Origin: Lytechinus pictus
Lineage: Eukaryota
Assembly (NCBI RefSeq): GCF_037042905.1
Contig: NC_087257.1
Span: 3,472,001-3,536,000 of the forward strand
Direction: 5' to 3'
DNA: 64,000 nt
In this document: one piece after another, positions 14,040 through 28,634 of the stretch
Layout: each line of letters starts with the position of its first letter
Numbering within the stretch: position 1 is the stretch's first letter
Translations under genes and position numbers: made by a program
Notes under the pieces: generated by a model
Seen by the model: the letters and a program-made list of their open reading frames with translations, nothing else
Told to the model about the DNA's origin: nothing
The model's database searches: none

Positions 14040-16100
14040 ATTTGTACATCTACTAATTTTACATCTGCTATATCTATTACTTTTACGACCACCACTTGTA
14101 GTAGTAGTTCCTCTTCTATACTGCTTTTACTTCTAATAATATTATCTACTATATCTACATCTACTACTTCTACAACTGCATTGTGTTATCTACTACTTCA
14201 ACATCTACTAATTCTGCATCTTCTACTTCTACCTATATTTAGGGGCGGATCCAGGATTTTTCGAATGGGGGGGGGGCACATTTTCCTGAGAAAAAAATTG
14301 ACAAGCAAAAAAAAAAGCTTCACTTTCAAAAGGGGAGGGGGGCCCTGGATCTGCCAGTGCATATATTAGTTCTACTACTACATCTACCACTTCCTACATC
14401 TACTGCTTTTACATCTACTTTTACATCTACTACTTTTACATCTACCACTTCCTACATCTACTGCTTTTACATCTACTTTTACATCTACTACTTTTACATC
14501 TACTACTTTTACATCTACTACTTCTACATCTACTACTTCTACATCTACTTTTACATCTACTAGTTATACACTTACAACTACATTTAGTACTTTTACATCT
14601 ACTTCTTGTACTCCTACTACTGCTACATATATTACTTGTACATCTACTACTGCTACATCTACTACTTCTATATCTACTATTTCTACATCTACTACTTGTA
14701 CTTCTACTATTGCTACATCTACTACTCCTATATCTACTACTTGCACACCTACTATTTATACATTTACTATTTCTACATCTACTACTTGTACAGCTACTAT
14801 ATCTACATCTACTACTTCTACATCTACTAATTCTTCATCTACTACTTTGACATCTACTAGTTCTACATCCACTACTTTCACATGTACTACTTCTACATTT
14901 ACTACTTGTACAGCTACTATTTCTACATCTACTACTTATACATCTTCTACTTCTACATCTACTAATTCTACATCTACTACTTTGACATCTACTAGTTCTA
15001 CATCCACTACTTTCACATGTACTACTTCTACATGTACTACTTCTACATCTACTACTTCGACATCTACTTCTGCATCTACTATTTCCACATCTACTATTTC
15101 TACATCTACTACTTCTACATCCACTACTTTTACATCTTCTACATCCACTACTTTTACATCTTCTACTTCTACCTGTATTTAGGGGCGGATCCAGGATTTT
15201 TCGAATGGGGGGGGGGGCACATTTTCCTGAGAAAAAAATTGACAAGCAAAAAAAAAAAGCTTCACTTTCAAAAGGGGAGGGGGGGGGCCTGGATCTGCCA
15301 GTGCATATATTAGTTCTACTACTACATCTACCACTTCCTACATCTACTGCTTTTACATCTACTTTTACATCTACTACTTTTACATCTACTACTTGTACAG
15401 CTACTATATCTACATCTACTACTTCTACATCTACTAATTCTTCATCTACTACTTTGACATCTACTAGTTCTACATCCACTACTTTCACATGTACTACTTC
15501 TACATTTACTACTCCTATATCTACTATTGCTACATCTACTACTCCTACATATTCTACTTGCACACCTATTATTTATACATCTACTATTTCTACATCTACT
15601 ACTTGTACAGCTACTATTTCTACATCTACTACTTATACATCTACTACTTCTACATCTACTACTTTTACATCTACTACTGCTACATCTACTACTTGTAAAT
15701 CTACTACTTGTAAATCTACTACTTCTACATCTACTACTTCTACATCTACTACTTCTATATCTACTACTCCTACATCTGCTACTTGTACAGCTACTATTTC
15801 TACATCTACTACTTCTATATCTACTACTTCTACATCTACTACTTCTACATCTACATCTACTACTTCTACATCTACTATTTCTACATCTTCTACTTGTACT
15901 TCTAATATTGCTACATCTACTACTTTGACATCTACTAGTTCAATATCCACTATTTCTACATCTACTACTTCTACATCAACTTCTACATCCACTACTTCTA
16001 CATTTACTACTTCTACATCTACTATTTCTACATCCACTACTTCTACATCTACTACTTTTACAACTACTACTTCAACATCTGCTGCTCCCGTGTCTACTTG
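14040..16100. repeat. (CTA)-derived minisatellite, ~15-bp unit acatctactacttct, with two embedded MITE copies
   Basis: Visible repetition over ~2 kb. Confidence 0.97.
14240..14359. mobile_element. hAT-like MITE (AGGGGCGGATCCAG TIR); near-identical copy at 15180-15303
   Basis: taggggcggatccagg ... cctggatctgccagtg; 8-bp flanks cctatatt/catatatt. Confidence 0.8.
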
Positions 16101-16685
16101 TCATGAGTTATTGATATAAAGAAGAAGCAGTTGAATAAAAATGAAATCACAAAGTATGAAAATGAAATTCACATTTACAGGTTGTAATCCTCCATTCATC
16201 CACCGGAATACCATATTTCCAATACTTGGGTAATTTAGTATTTTAAGGGTTGTTTCACGGTTCATAAGGTCCCTCCTTTTTCATATCAGCTGTTGATCTT
16301 TGGTGTGAGCAGTTCATCTCCTGTACGTTTAGGGGCTTCCTTCTAAAAATAAACTGCAGGTGCGACCTGTATTCAAGGAGAAACTAGGATGTCCTGTAGT
16401 ATTTTAGGTACACTGAACGTCCTAAATGCATGCTTTCATAAGATTTCTCTTTTATATAAAGATACTTGCTGAAATGGTGCAAATTCTCTATTTTTGCATT
16501 TTTGCCTTATTTCTTGACAAAGAGGGATAAATAGAATAGTAACAGTTTTGGAGAGTGAGTTAACAAATGAGGGACAGAGAGGGAGAATAAGTGTGATAGA
16601 AGTGATGGAAACAGGTTGAGTAAATAGGGAAAATAATCTCGCATGAAAACAAATGTATGCATTTTTATGATTTTAAGATATACAC

Positions 16686-17057
16686 CAGGGCTCCACACTA
16701 ACCCTCTTTTTCTTCTGATCCGAACTGATCATGTCGGACCAGTACATTCAATTTTTTTACTGGACCGAACCTAAAATTTACTGGTCCCAGAAAATATAGA
16801 AAAATATAAAGGAAGACTTGAGTTTATTTTGCTGTCTTTTATTGCTTATTGTTACCCCCCCCCCCCCCCAAAAAAAAAAAAAAATACTCACAGCATGATT
16901 CATGAGAGCCATTTTTGAGACGTCAGAGCCATTTTTATAATTTACAAAAGAGAAGAAAATATATTTTATAACAGATAGATATAATCTTACTGGTCTGGCC
17001 TGACAGCAAGTATTATCGGTCTTGAACCGTCAGGACTAGTGCCAGTGTCGCGCGCTG
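16686..17057. mobile_element. MITE, CAGGGCTCCACACT-type TIR
   Basis: cagggctccacact ... agtgtcgcgcgctg flanked by tatacac direct repeat. Confidence 0.75.
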
Positions 17058-19454
17058 TATACACATGCAGAGTACATTATCTCAACTCGATATGCATTAA
17101 ATGAAATTGTTTTCTCTTGATATGCATTACAATAAGTGAAAAAATTATTTTTTCCTGTTTGATAATGAGTCTGTTAATATCAAGTATTAACCATTTTTTT
17201 TGGCCAGGTATTCATTGGGTTTGCTGGTCATAGATTGAGATTCATTTTAAAAATTCAATTTCATTTCAGTTTTGACAGTTTTATTTGTCATTTCTATAAA
17301 AAGAATATGATTTCCTATGAGATAGAAATGGTTGATCTATTAAATTTAAAGAATGTTTTCTGTCTGGATGTTCTTGTAAAACAATGAAAACACAACGGCC
17401 AGGTGCAGAAATCCGTTTAAAGTCAACCCCACTGCTTGATGTGGTGTGTTTTATCACTTGAAATCTAATAATCTCTCAATTACAAGAATATAGCCATGAG
17501 TTTTGAGTGACGATGACAGTAATTCAGAGCAGTCTCTGATAATCTTTCTGAAAATGAGAAGCAGTAAAGCGATTACCAGGAGTGTTTCAAGTTCAACAAA
17601 CGATTGCTGTCTTGAAAGAAGACCCAGTTTCATAAAACTCATTGTCATCGAGACATACTTGCAATATGCCATGTGAAGTCACATTGAATGTCATCAACTG
17701 GGGCATTTCGTGAAAGGATTTGTAGGATGTTAACAATGAGTGTTATAAATAATGATAGTTACCATAGTAATAGTGCCTATTCAGCAAAGCAAATTCATTT
17801 ATCTTTTCTTTCCGACTCATTCCACCTTTTGTTAGTGCTAAGAGACTCAATTGTAATTTGTGCAGTATAAAAATTGAGTATTATTATCATTACTATTATT
17901 ATCATTATTATTATCATTATTACTATTATTATTATTAGTAGTATTATTATTACATTTGACAGTTACCATAGTTACAGTAAACCCCCAGTGTTTCACAGCC
18001 AATCAAAATCAAGGAAACGATTCAGATCTGACAAATTGTCAAAAAACATGGGATGATGAAATACTCCATGAGATCTTGGTTCCTCACTCGGAATGCAACA
18101 TATCTTGTAACCAACCACCCAATAAACCAACAATAAGTTGCTCAAATTTAATGTTGGGATTTTTTTATTGAGCTTGAAAAAGCATATCCTAAGCTCTAAC
18201 ATGAAATATTTAGCTTGGCAGGTTTGATGAACAATAACCCTAGCAAGTACTCGACTGAATGCAGAATAAAATCGACAAGGTCTTAAACAAAAATAATTTC
18301 TAGATCTTTTATCGAATGATATATTAATCATGACAAGTTTACAGCACATGAATGTATTAAAAGAACCCAACTGTGACACTAACCCTATTCATTATTTTAT
18401 AAACATGTCCTTTCAAGGTATTCCACAAGCAAAAAGGAGTGTAATATTTTCTGCATGTTTAGAATTGAATTAGTTTATTTGTCTGTGATGAAAGAATAGA
18501 GTTTCTCAAGTGAGTTTCTCAATAAAAGAATTTAGTTTCAAATCAAGCATTCACCAGTTTACATGATGGGATTAAGTGCATATGAGTTGACATATTCACA
18601 ATCTTCAATCGTGTAGAATATTAACTGGTTGTGAAGTGTGTCAGTGTAAAACTGTAAAGAAAATTTTGCAATACCCCCCCCCCCTCTCATGAGTTGTGTG
18701 CGGAAGTAGACTTGAATCTTGGCCAAATGCAGGTATTTTTTCTCTGATTTTGAATATCATGATCCCGTGGGTTTTTATTTCACTGTTTAAACGGGTTCAT
18801 AAATTTGTGAACTTGATTTTTTAAAGTGTTTTCAGTATGTTTCCCAAATGCATGAGTTTCTTTTTTTTTTTCATATTCTTTATTCAATATTTCTTTGTAT
18901 TTTTTCCTGTCTGATAAATAAATGTCTCAGATTGCAGGGGTATGTTGCAATGAAATATTTGCCATCAATTGCAAATTTATGATGCAATTTTACAAATGCT
19001 ATATTAATTGTTACTAGAGCATATTGATTTTTACTGCTTATTTTTCTATTTATGTACATACAAACACTTGGGTGGTAAATTTATTGGATTCTGTTCAAAG
19101 TCATTTTGAGATCGTTACCACAACTGATATTTTATCTCTTAAATTGACTTGCAGTTGGTTGCACATTTTTTGCAATGCCCCATTAGATTCATTACCTTGC
19201 AATAACATATTCCGTCAAGATACACAATTTGATTGCACAATTTTCAATTCACATTAAATTGGATATTTCTTGTCGGCGTCACGTGACTAATTCAAAAGGC
19301 CTCTTAGAAAAGAAGATGCACTTCTCTTAAAGTGCAAGGGCGTAGACTTCATTATTCAGTACCTCTTGCCCTTTTATAGAGCGAGCTATGAATAGAATAT
19401 AAGATTGGATTATATTGAGGGTAATAGTTTGTGGGACGTGGATAGCATTCTGAT

Positions 19455-20085
19455 GTACAATAGTCCCATGTATACCCAGAGTTGTTTGTAAACAAGGATA
19501 TCAGAGAATCATTTAATGTTTATTTGTTTTCTTCTGTATATTAGCTCCCAGGGTCATAACCGTATTGGTATTTTGTTGGTACATGTATCTATCCATTAAT
19601 ATAATGCATACAATTTTGATTTAGTCCCGTTCATAAATAGATTTGTTTGTCAACAAGGATATCCGAGAATGATTTAATGCTCATTTATATTCTTCTTTTG
19701 AAATACGCTTTAGTTTTTTAATTAAGTCTGGGTATTTATTGGATTATCCGTTGGTATGAGACTTAAAGATAAGATTTAGCCCCATATTACCCTGTGTACA
19801 GCACATCCAAAGTTGTTTATAAACAAGGATATCAGAGAATAATTCAGTGTTTATTGATATTCTTATTTACAATATGCTTCCAGGGCCAATAAACCAACAG
19901 TCCCATGCATTGCACTTCTACTTGGCTCAGTTTAGAAATAATGCTTATTTACTACATAATGCATAATAGTCCCATGTCTATTCAGATTTGTTTGTAAACG
20001 AGGATATCGAAGAGAAATTTAAAGTTTGACATAGCTTCATCTGTTTTAATAAAGTTTTGGTATTTATTATCTATCCATTGATAAA
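19455..20085. repeat. Four ~165-175 bp tandem units with alternating A/B structure
   Basis: Recurring ttgttt(g/a)t(a/c)aac(a/g)aggatatc at ~19482, 19643, 19813, 19989. Confidence 0.85.
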
Positions 20086-20330
20086 AAAATTAACGTGAAA
20101 TTGGGGATGAGGATTTTTTTTTCTTAATTTCTCAAAATTACAATATATAGACAAAAATTCCATGCATTCAACTTTGTGCTTAGCTTAGTTCAGATAAAAT
20201 GCTCGCATACTACATCTTACATACATGTACCTTTTCTTTGGCCCCATGTCCTTTCTACCGTCTAGATCGACAGGCAAACCGTAAATAGGCAAGAGGCAAT
20301 ATCACTGGCCTAGTTCTCATGAACCTATTA

Positions 20331-20702
20331 CCGAGTTTACACAGCGACTCGGCTCGGGGGTTCGACACACGAGCTGTGCTCAGCACGGCAATGTTATGCT
20401 GTGTAAATGCGATCAGTGTGATCCGCGAGCTTTTTTCATCTGCCAAAATCGTTGGTTTCAACTTGCGAGTCGTGTAAGACTCGCCTATTTTTTCACGTGG
20501 AAACAAAAACGTCTCGAACTCACATGACCTAGTTAAACACGGCATTTATTTGTGACGTCTATTCTTCTTCCGTTCGTGATACGCGTACCTTGTCGAACTG
20601 GCCTATTTTGTTTCAGTATAAACGCAATCACAGTTGCCCTCTTCGCAGCATTCGACCCTGCTTGAGGATTCAACATTCGAGCCGAGTCATGTGTCAACGC
20701 GG
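20331..20702. mobile_element. MITE with TA flanks (Tc1/pogo-like)
   Basis: ta|ccgagtttacacagcgactcggctcg ... cgagccgagtcatgtgtcaacgcgg|ta. Confidence 0.75.
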
Positions 20703-21062
20703 TATATTTTACCATGCTGTCTTCAAATGGCACTGAAACACTGTATAACCCAGATAGGTGTTGCACCAAAATTTAGGTACCGGTAGTTAAGATTCAAAGT
20801 TATGTTAGGTAAATGATACATTACCGCATTAGTCAGATAGTGCTCATAAGATGCATTCTTCCATGGAGTAGTTAATGACAATTCACATTGAATATTATGT
20901 GCGCATAGGTTCTGGAGATATAGTTTTGTCAGGCTTAACTTATGTGAATATCACAGCATTTTAAAGCTGTCCATAAATACATTTAATTATGTATTAGTCT
21001 ATCTGCAGATATTTATATATGGTCTTATTTGCTTTATGCAAAAATTGAATGATAATTATACA

Positions 21063-21259
21063 CAGGGGGCCGTTTCATAAAGCTGTTTGTAAGTTAAAAG
21101 TAACTTTAAGAATGACTGGTGATCCTTTCTTGTGGACTGTGGTGAATGATATTCATCATTAAATGTTCATTGGTGATTATTTTGCGCATAAGAAAGGGTC
21201 ACCAGTCGTTCTTAAAGTCGCTCTGAACTTACAAACAGCTTTATGGAAACGGCACCCAG
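21063..21259. mobile_element. Palindromic Harbinger-like MITE (CAG flanks)
   Basis: cag|ggggccgtttcataaagctgtttgtaagtt ... aacttacaaacagctttatggaaacggcacc|cag. Confidence 0.85.
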
Positions 21260-24200
21260 GATTGTTAACATGAATAGTCTCTCGGTTTTATAATGCATGG
21301 AAATCATATTACTTCTGATTTTGTTTTCTTATATTGAAAACTGATACCAGGAGCACCAAATGCAATAGGTAAACCTGATTTTTTTTTATTAGAACCATTT
21401 ACTTGTCTCACATTTTCTTGTGAATGTGAAGTGGGCTGTCTTCTGCCGAACCGGATTCCCATCCTGTAATTTTATTTAGACAGATTTGGGGGAGCAATGA
21501 TGCTGTTATATCCGACAGATATATTCAAGGGAATCGATGTTAACCCTATCAAGACCACAGGTGGCATATACCATTAGATGAGAGCCAAAAGGCCATTAAA
21601 CCTTATTCTCCATTCGCATGTCACTACCTTATTGCTCTTGCAAGTGATATGTGCTCAGCCCCCGTGATATTGCACTCGTAATGAAATCATGTAGAGAACG
21701 TAAAAGAGACCCTGATATCGAGAATTATCCTCAAAAGTAAAGAAAAAAATCCAAAGACCTTTATAATAGTACATTTGATATTGATTGTATGAAACGTGAA
21801 TGTAGTTTATTCCAGACAGTATGGATTTGTACCCTACCATAAAATATCAAAATTAAAAAAAGAATAAATAGCTACATGAATGAAGACGGAGCATGAGTGC
21901 GATAGCTGTTAGAGATGTGGTCACAGAAAAATGAAAACCCCCAATTCTATTCCATGAATGTTCTGTATAATATCTTGGTGTTTGGGTGTGCTCATCATCA
22001 TCATTATTATCAACATCATCATCATCAATTATATATTTATTACATTTTTATACACATAAAAAACAAAGGTAGTGTTTGTAGCGCATGATAGAAAAAAAGT
22101 TATTGGGGACATTGTTTCCAAGTACTTCAGAACTGATAGGCATTTATTCTACCTACTCATAAACCAGATAGATAAACAAGATGATGTAAGGGATCATTAA
22201 ATTGCTCATTACAGGGTTTAAACTGGTTTCGAGCTCCCCAGGAAGAATGCCCTTGTGTGATGATAGCACAGTATCTTCATGGCTTAATTAGGATGAGGAA
22301 GGGATAAACGGGGACAGATGGAGAGAGGTGTTGATGATAGTTAAGATGAGGGACAAATGTTTAGGGGCAAGCTAGATAATCAAAACAAGTATCTTCTTAC
22401 CATTATACAAAAAAAAAAGAATGAAGAACGGTTGCATCACTTTAGGATACTGTAGTGTAAGATAATGAGTATGATAATATTATTGCATTTTTCTATAGCA
22501 CATTTAATTTCACATTGGAACAGCATCGCTAAACCAGGACTGTGCAGATTTCTTGTACATGGTTACACGTAAATCATTGCATACTCTAGAAAGAGTCCAG
22601 TCATATATGCACGCTTTTAATAAGGGGTGCTCAATTCATGTTTGAATGAAGTGCAAGGATACAAGATATCTGCATAATCTATGTTTTTCTGCCATGGTAC
22701 GGTAGACACCTCTTTTGACGATATGGACCTTTAAAGCAGAAACGAACCACCAGCATTAACAGCGCCACCTCAAGTCCTAGACTCCTCAGATCTGGCCACA
22801 TAATGCAGCATTCTATGCTGTGTAGTCTTGTAATATAGGCCCACTTGAATAACACACTGATTTGCTTCTCAATACATTCATATCACGCTAATTAATGTAT
22901 AAACCAAGTCGCAAAATAAAAACTATCCTATCAAAAACATTTTAGTTTCTCTGTATGAATAAAGTTATAGGCTAATTAAGTATCTGTGTTATTGATGATT
23001 ATCTCAAAATGTACATTTTCAAGACTAGTTATTCATAACACACAGTCAGTTAGATATTTATTGCATGTTGGTCGGTTCACTCCTCCTTTAAGTTTAAAAG
23101 CCAGCTTGGACAGGGTTAAAAGGAGGCACACTCAAGTAAGGTATTTGTCGGGGTTTGAGAGAATGATAATGCACTTGAAAGCCATCTGAGGGATGGTGAA
23201 AAGTGGGGCAAAGACGCCGGGCTTTGTGGTAAACAAACACCCCTGAAGAATGCCAAGCCAAGCCAGGATATAGAATGTTAAACGTTTTAGATAGGTGCGG
23301 GGGCTGACTGGTTTTCATGCAAGAAATAGGTGTAGGTGTAAAGAGAATGGGACAGGGGGAGGGGGGTGAATGGCTGCGAGCTTTAATCAGGAAAAATGTT
23401 TGAATAATGGCTGGAAGGGATTATATTAATATGAATGCGATAAAGGATTGAATGACATTCTAATAGTTTTATTCAAAGAAAGAGAGGGAATTTGTAGATT
23501 TTCCAATCCTTTTTGACTCCTCAAGAGTGACTGACGTTGGTGAATAATGATTAGTTGGAGAGTGGTCTCTGAAAAGGAGTTAATTTCACTGTTTTTCACT
23601 CACTGTAAGAGTGATGTCATGGATCTGGAACGAGGTCCTGATTCATTAAAAAAAATGTTGTAATATCAATTGCACAATTTTTATAACAAGTTTACCATCA
23701 GCCAATCAAATTGAACGATTTTAGTAGCTTTAAACTGATATTGCAAATTTGTTACTGTAACGAGCTTTATGAAATGGGCCCCAGGATGGATGCGGGTCAA
23801 CAGCAACACTCCTGAGTAGTAAAATGAGTCGGGATGAAAGGAAAAGAAGAAGGAAATGATCATTTGTTTTGGATAGTACATGTATGTTCATTTGTTTAAG
23901 GGTGCTCATTAAAAAAAAGATTGAATTTCAATTCTACAAAAATGTTCACTATTAAAAGATTGCAGTCAGGAAGTACAATATCTTTTGCAATCTCAATTTG
24001 AGCATGTGATTAGACAGAAAAGTCTCACCTGTATAGTTATTTTAAGTTTGAAGAATATTTTATCTTTTAAATCAACATCAATGTAAATTTACAACATATG
24101 CTAGTGCATACAATTGCACATCACTCAAAATATAGAGCTACAATGTGATGGGGGCCTGGCCCCCTTCTTTTTGCTGTTCTGTTAAGGAACTCAGTTCACT

Positions 24201-25824
24201 AGTCACCCTGCAAAAAAGGGCATTAGCCCCTAATGGGCAGCCAATCAGGCCAAGCGAGTGATGACACAACACAGTTCAAATGTTTACAATGTATACAAAA
24301 TGTGCACGTACTAAAACATTCATGTGATCACTGTTCCCCACCACTTTCCAGCTTTTCCCACTGTAATTATGCAGGACCATTACTCTTTTTTGAACTCCTT
24401 AAGGATACATGAATAAGATAAAGGAAGAATCAGGGCATCGATAAAACCCAGTTAATGGGTTGTCAATGAGAGGGTATTTAGTGACGTTCATTACAGCATC
24501 CAAAAAAAACTAGAACAGGCATACAAGACTAGCACTTAACCTCTAGGGTGACTTATTTAAATAGGAGAAAAGAATGTTCTAGTTTCTTTCGTCTGTATGA
24601 TGCTGACAACTTCATGTATAGGCCTAGAGACTGAGTGTTTGATCAATATAGAAAGGGGTTTTGATGTCAAGTAGCTAATGACATATATGGAGGCGATGAA
24701 TGAGAGATTGTGGGGAAAAGGGTTCAAAATATTGTCGGAGGGATTCGGGGGGGGTAATAAGAGGGTAGGAGAGTGAGGGGGTGTAGAGAGGGAGGGGTAG
24801 GGAGGGGTTGTAGAGAGAGGGATGGAGGGAGTGAGGGAAAGGGAGGGGAGGAGAGACACAGAAAGAGACAGGGAAGAAGAAAGGGGGACAGAGAGAGAGA
24901 GTGAGAGAGAGAAATACAGCAAAAGGAGGAATGGTATATTAAATATTTTTATTATCATTAGATATTAGATTAAGGATAATTAAAATTGAGTTTGTGGGAG
25001 ATGGAAGAAAGGAAAAAAAATAAAGGAATAAAAAACGAAAGGAAAGAAACTATGATAAAGGAGAAAGTCAAAAGAGGAGAGTGAGAGGGATAGAGAGAGA
25101 GGGGGGGGTCTCAATCCTGATGCATAATAACTTGGAGATTGTCAAGCTCCTATTATGATTTTCAAGAAAAATGATGCAGTAATATGAGGTAAAGAAACAT
25201 ATTCATAATAAGTCTTTTCGAGATCTTTGATCTGTGCAATCCTCAGAAATGCTTATGGAATAAACCTTTTTTTTTTTACGAATGACAATTTTCTATGTAA
25301 AACCAAGGCAATGTTTTCAGCAACTCTGAGAATCTTTGTAAGAGCCTGGGTGAGAAGGTCAAAACTGGATAAGAAATATGGAAAAATTATATCATCTTTG
25401 ATGGAATACCATATGTATTGATAACGTCTTGATGAAAGGGGTCACTGATACATAAGGCTTCTTCCCCATTCTTCGCAAACACTTTAAGTGCAATTGTTTT
25501 TGAATGGATCTTCTTCGAAAGATACATTGAAGAGATGGACGGAAAGGGTGGAAAGTGATTCATTTTAATCTCATATATGACCAGCTGACCGTCAAAAGAA
25601 GGTGAATTGATATAAATAGAGTTGCCTATCTGAGAACGGACGTCTTTGTCGGGCCTCAATGAATTAAATTCTGGTAGAATAGGGCTGCTTTCTCCCGAGA
25701 TTTCTCTCAAGTTCTACGTTCCCATGGAACGGATACTATATCATGCACCTGTTTGCATGGGTTAGGTAACTCGATGACCACATTGCAGTTGTGTGTGTCC
25801 TATACTTGCGATTGTAGCTCTTCA

Positions 25825-26436
25825 TTAGAGGGATGGTCCAGGCTGGAGATATTTATATCTCAATAAATAGCGTAAAATTCACGGAGCAAAATGCTGAAAA
25901 TTTGATCAAAATCGGATAACAAATAACAAAATTATTGAATTTTAAAGATTTGCATCTTTCCAGTGAAACAGTTCTAGGCATGTATTTATGAATATTCATT
26001 AGGTGGGCTGATGATGTCATATCCCCACTTGTTCTTTTGTTTTTTATTATATAAAATTAGGTTAATTCAACATTTTTCTACCAAGAACTAAAACAATTGG
26101 ATTGACAACTGATTAAGTGCATTAGTTATTTATTGCCGCAACTTATTTCATCATAATGGAGACACAACATTTACATATATGTATGAAAAATGAAACATTT
26201 ATGATTTCGTGTAATAAAATAAGAAAAAGAAAAGTGGGGATGTGACATCATCAGCCCACCTAATGAATAATCATGATGATGTGCATTTACTGTTTTCATA
26301 AAATATTGATAAACTTTAAAATTCGATAACTTTGTTATTTTTTATCCGATTTTAATGAAATTTTCAGCATTTTGCTTTGTGAATTTTACTCTATTTATTT
26401 AGATATAAATATTCTCAGCCTGGACCATCCCTTTAA
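25825..26436. mobile_element. Kolobok-like MITE with long inverted arms
   Basis: agggatggtccaggctg ... cagcctggaccatccct|ttaa. Confidence 0.88.
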
Positions 26437-27159
26437 ATAGTGGTTGTGCACCACACTCTTTGAAGGATGGGTTCCATATTTGGCAGTGTGGAAGGGATAT
26501 TCACCACTGACCAACAACCTGAAAAATTGAGTTACCTCAATCGACTGAATCACTCTCTCCAAATGAAGGAAATCTTCCAAACCAAGCTCCTAACTTCTCC
26601 TTGCCCCAGATAGTATTGTTAATGGGTTTTGTGATTGAAGTAAGCATCTATTGTTGATATGTTTGTCACCATTTTAACTCTGATACAATATGAATCTCTT
26701 GAGCCTTTCACACTCTTTTGTCATGATGACTTCAGTTACGGGTGCATTGTGAACGGAAAGATACGGCATTGCACATTGACCTGTATTTTCTGGCTTTAGT
26801 AATGCTTTTAACATCTCTGCTAGTGGAATCATTTACCTTAATCTCCTTTTGTTCTGCAAATTCATGAAGATCATGTATAACATTCCTCAGCATTTCATAA
26901 TGAAATGAATCATTTAAAGAAAAAAGGCAGAGAAAACGGCTCCAATTGTCATTTCAGTACGTCATTCTGGATGAAACATTAAGCTAGTGTTTCTTCAAAC
27001 CACTCAAGATAGGGTGTCTTGTGTTTGACAATCTTCTTCAAGTTTAGAACGAAAGATCTTTTGATCTTGTAAATGCAATCATATTAAAACTAAGAGCTAG
27101 TACCTGAAGATTTGTGATAATAATAATAATAACAATGATAAGAATAACAATTTTGATAA

Positions 27160-27432
27160 TTATAATAATAAGCATTTGTATAGTACCCTTTCTCTTGATG
27201 TAATCTTATTTCTATAGTGTACATACGGTTATAAATATCTGGCATATCTCCAGCTGCCTTCCACTACGCAGTGTATTCAAGGAATCAATTCTGTTGGGTA
27301 CGCATTCACCTCACCTGGGTTGAGTGCAGCACAATATCGGTACATATTTTTGCAAAAGGAAAAAACGTCATGGTCATGCCAAGGATTTGAACCCATGAAC
27401 CTCTGGTTGAAAGATAAGAATCTGAACCAGCG
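27160..27432 (-). mobile_element. tRNA-derived SINE, diverged
   Basis: cattcacctcacctgggttgagtgcagcaca core, ggatttgaaccc (B box, reverse), TAA tail. Confidence 0.8.
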
Positions 27433-28634
27433 GCTGCAGATGGGATACTTGGGGGGCATTGTTGTTTAATTGCCCCAACCCCCCCTAAAAAAAAATCACA
27501 ACCAAGAAAAAAAGAGAAAAGAAAAAAAAGTGGGGTGAAATATACTGTTTTCTGAATATTATGTCAAAATCTATCACAAAATTGGATTTTTGTAATAAAA
27601 ATGTCAAAGTTTTTTACATTAAAAAAAAAAAGTTAAATGTTTTTTATGTTTTTGTAAACTCTAAGATGATTTCTACAGGACATCATTTAGCATTCTGTAA
27701 TTCATATTGTGGTGTTCTGTTTGGTGCTTGTCATGCTGTAATTTGATAGCTTAACAGATCTTCAGTTATTAATTAACTTATTTCCAACGTCCGAAAGCAG
27801 ATACATAAGATCACGCCATCATCGCTCAAGTTATATCTTACTGTTTATCAATTGTGTAATTGATCATTGCTAAACTTACATCTTCCTCTCCAATATGTAT
27901 CAAAGAAATCCTTGAAAGAGATACAAGCCTTGCAAGTCACCTTCGATCTTTACGGGTTAATCGTTGCACATAGCACGATGGATTCTTTATTATAGATATA
28001 GATGACTCATGTTTAATGCCAGTACTCTTGAGAAATCCAATTGCACATGAGCTCATAAAAAGGATGTCAGTATCAACTGGATGTTTCATTTATCATACCT
28101 CCGAAAAAAAAAATCAAACGATCGGCATCGATTCCACCTCGCCACCGTTCTGCATGCACGGGGGCGGCCCTGGAGGGCACGTGACTTTATTTTTAAACTT
28201 CAGTCATACTTGATGGTGTAATAAAGGAGTGCTTTTGAAATGTAGATCAAGTGTACATGACATTTAAGCAATGAGGCATATGACAAGAAATCATGTCATA
28301 TTGGGAAGAGAAAGTCACGAGTCTAGCGAGAGATTCTTCATCCTTTATATCTGTTATTGATCAAGAAATGACTACCCAAGTGTAATGGAGTCTATTATTT
28401 TTATTAGACACAAACATAAGAACACTTCGCCGATGTGATCAATATCCAGGTGACTTAGTGTATCCTTTACATACTTCTTCAAGATGATACTGAATTACTG
28501 ATAATGAAAATGATTATTAAAGTGCAAATTAAATATGTGTTGTTACTTTTCTTTTGTTTGTTGTTTGGATAGTGATGTATATGAAATGTATTATTTTTTC
28601 TTAGATTTACTTGGTACTATCTATCAGCTCGGAA

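Noticed and set aside
15205-16119. 304-aa Thr/Ser-rich mucin-like ORF and overlapping ORFs
   Set aside because: Translation of a stop-poor minisatellite, starting inside a MITE; several frames on both strands are open.
20255-20769. CpG-rich patch as enhancer or small gene
   Set aside because: Bounded by TIRs with TA flanks, so it is a MITE.
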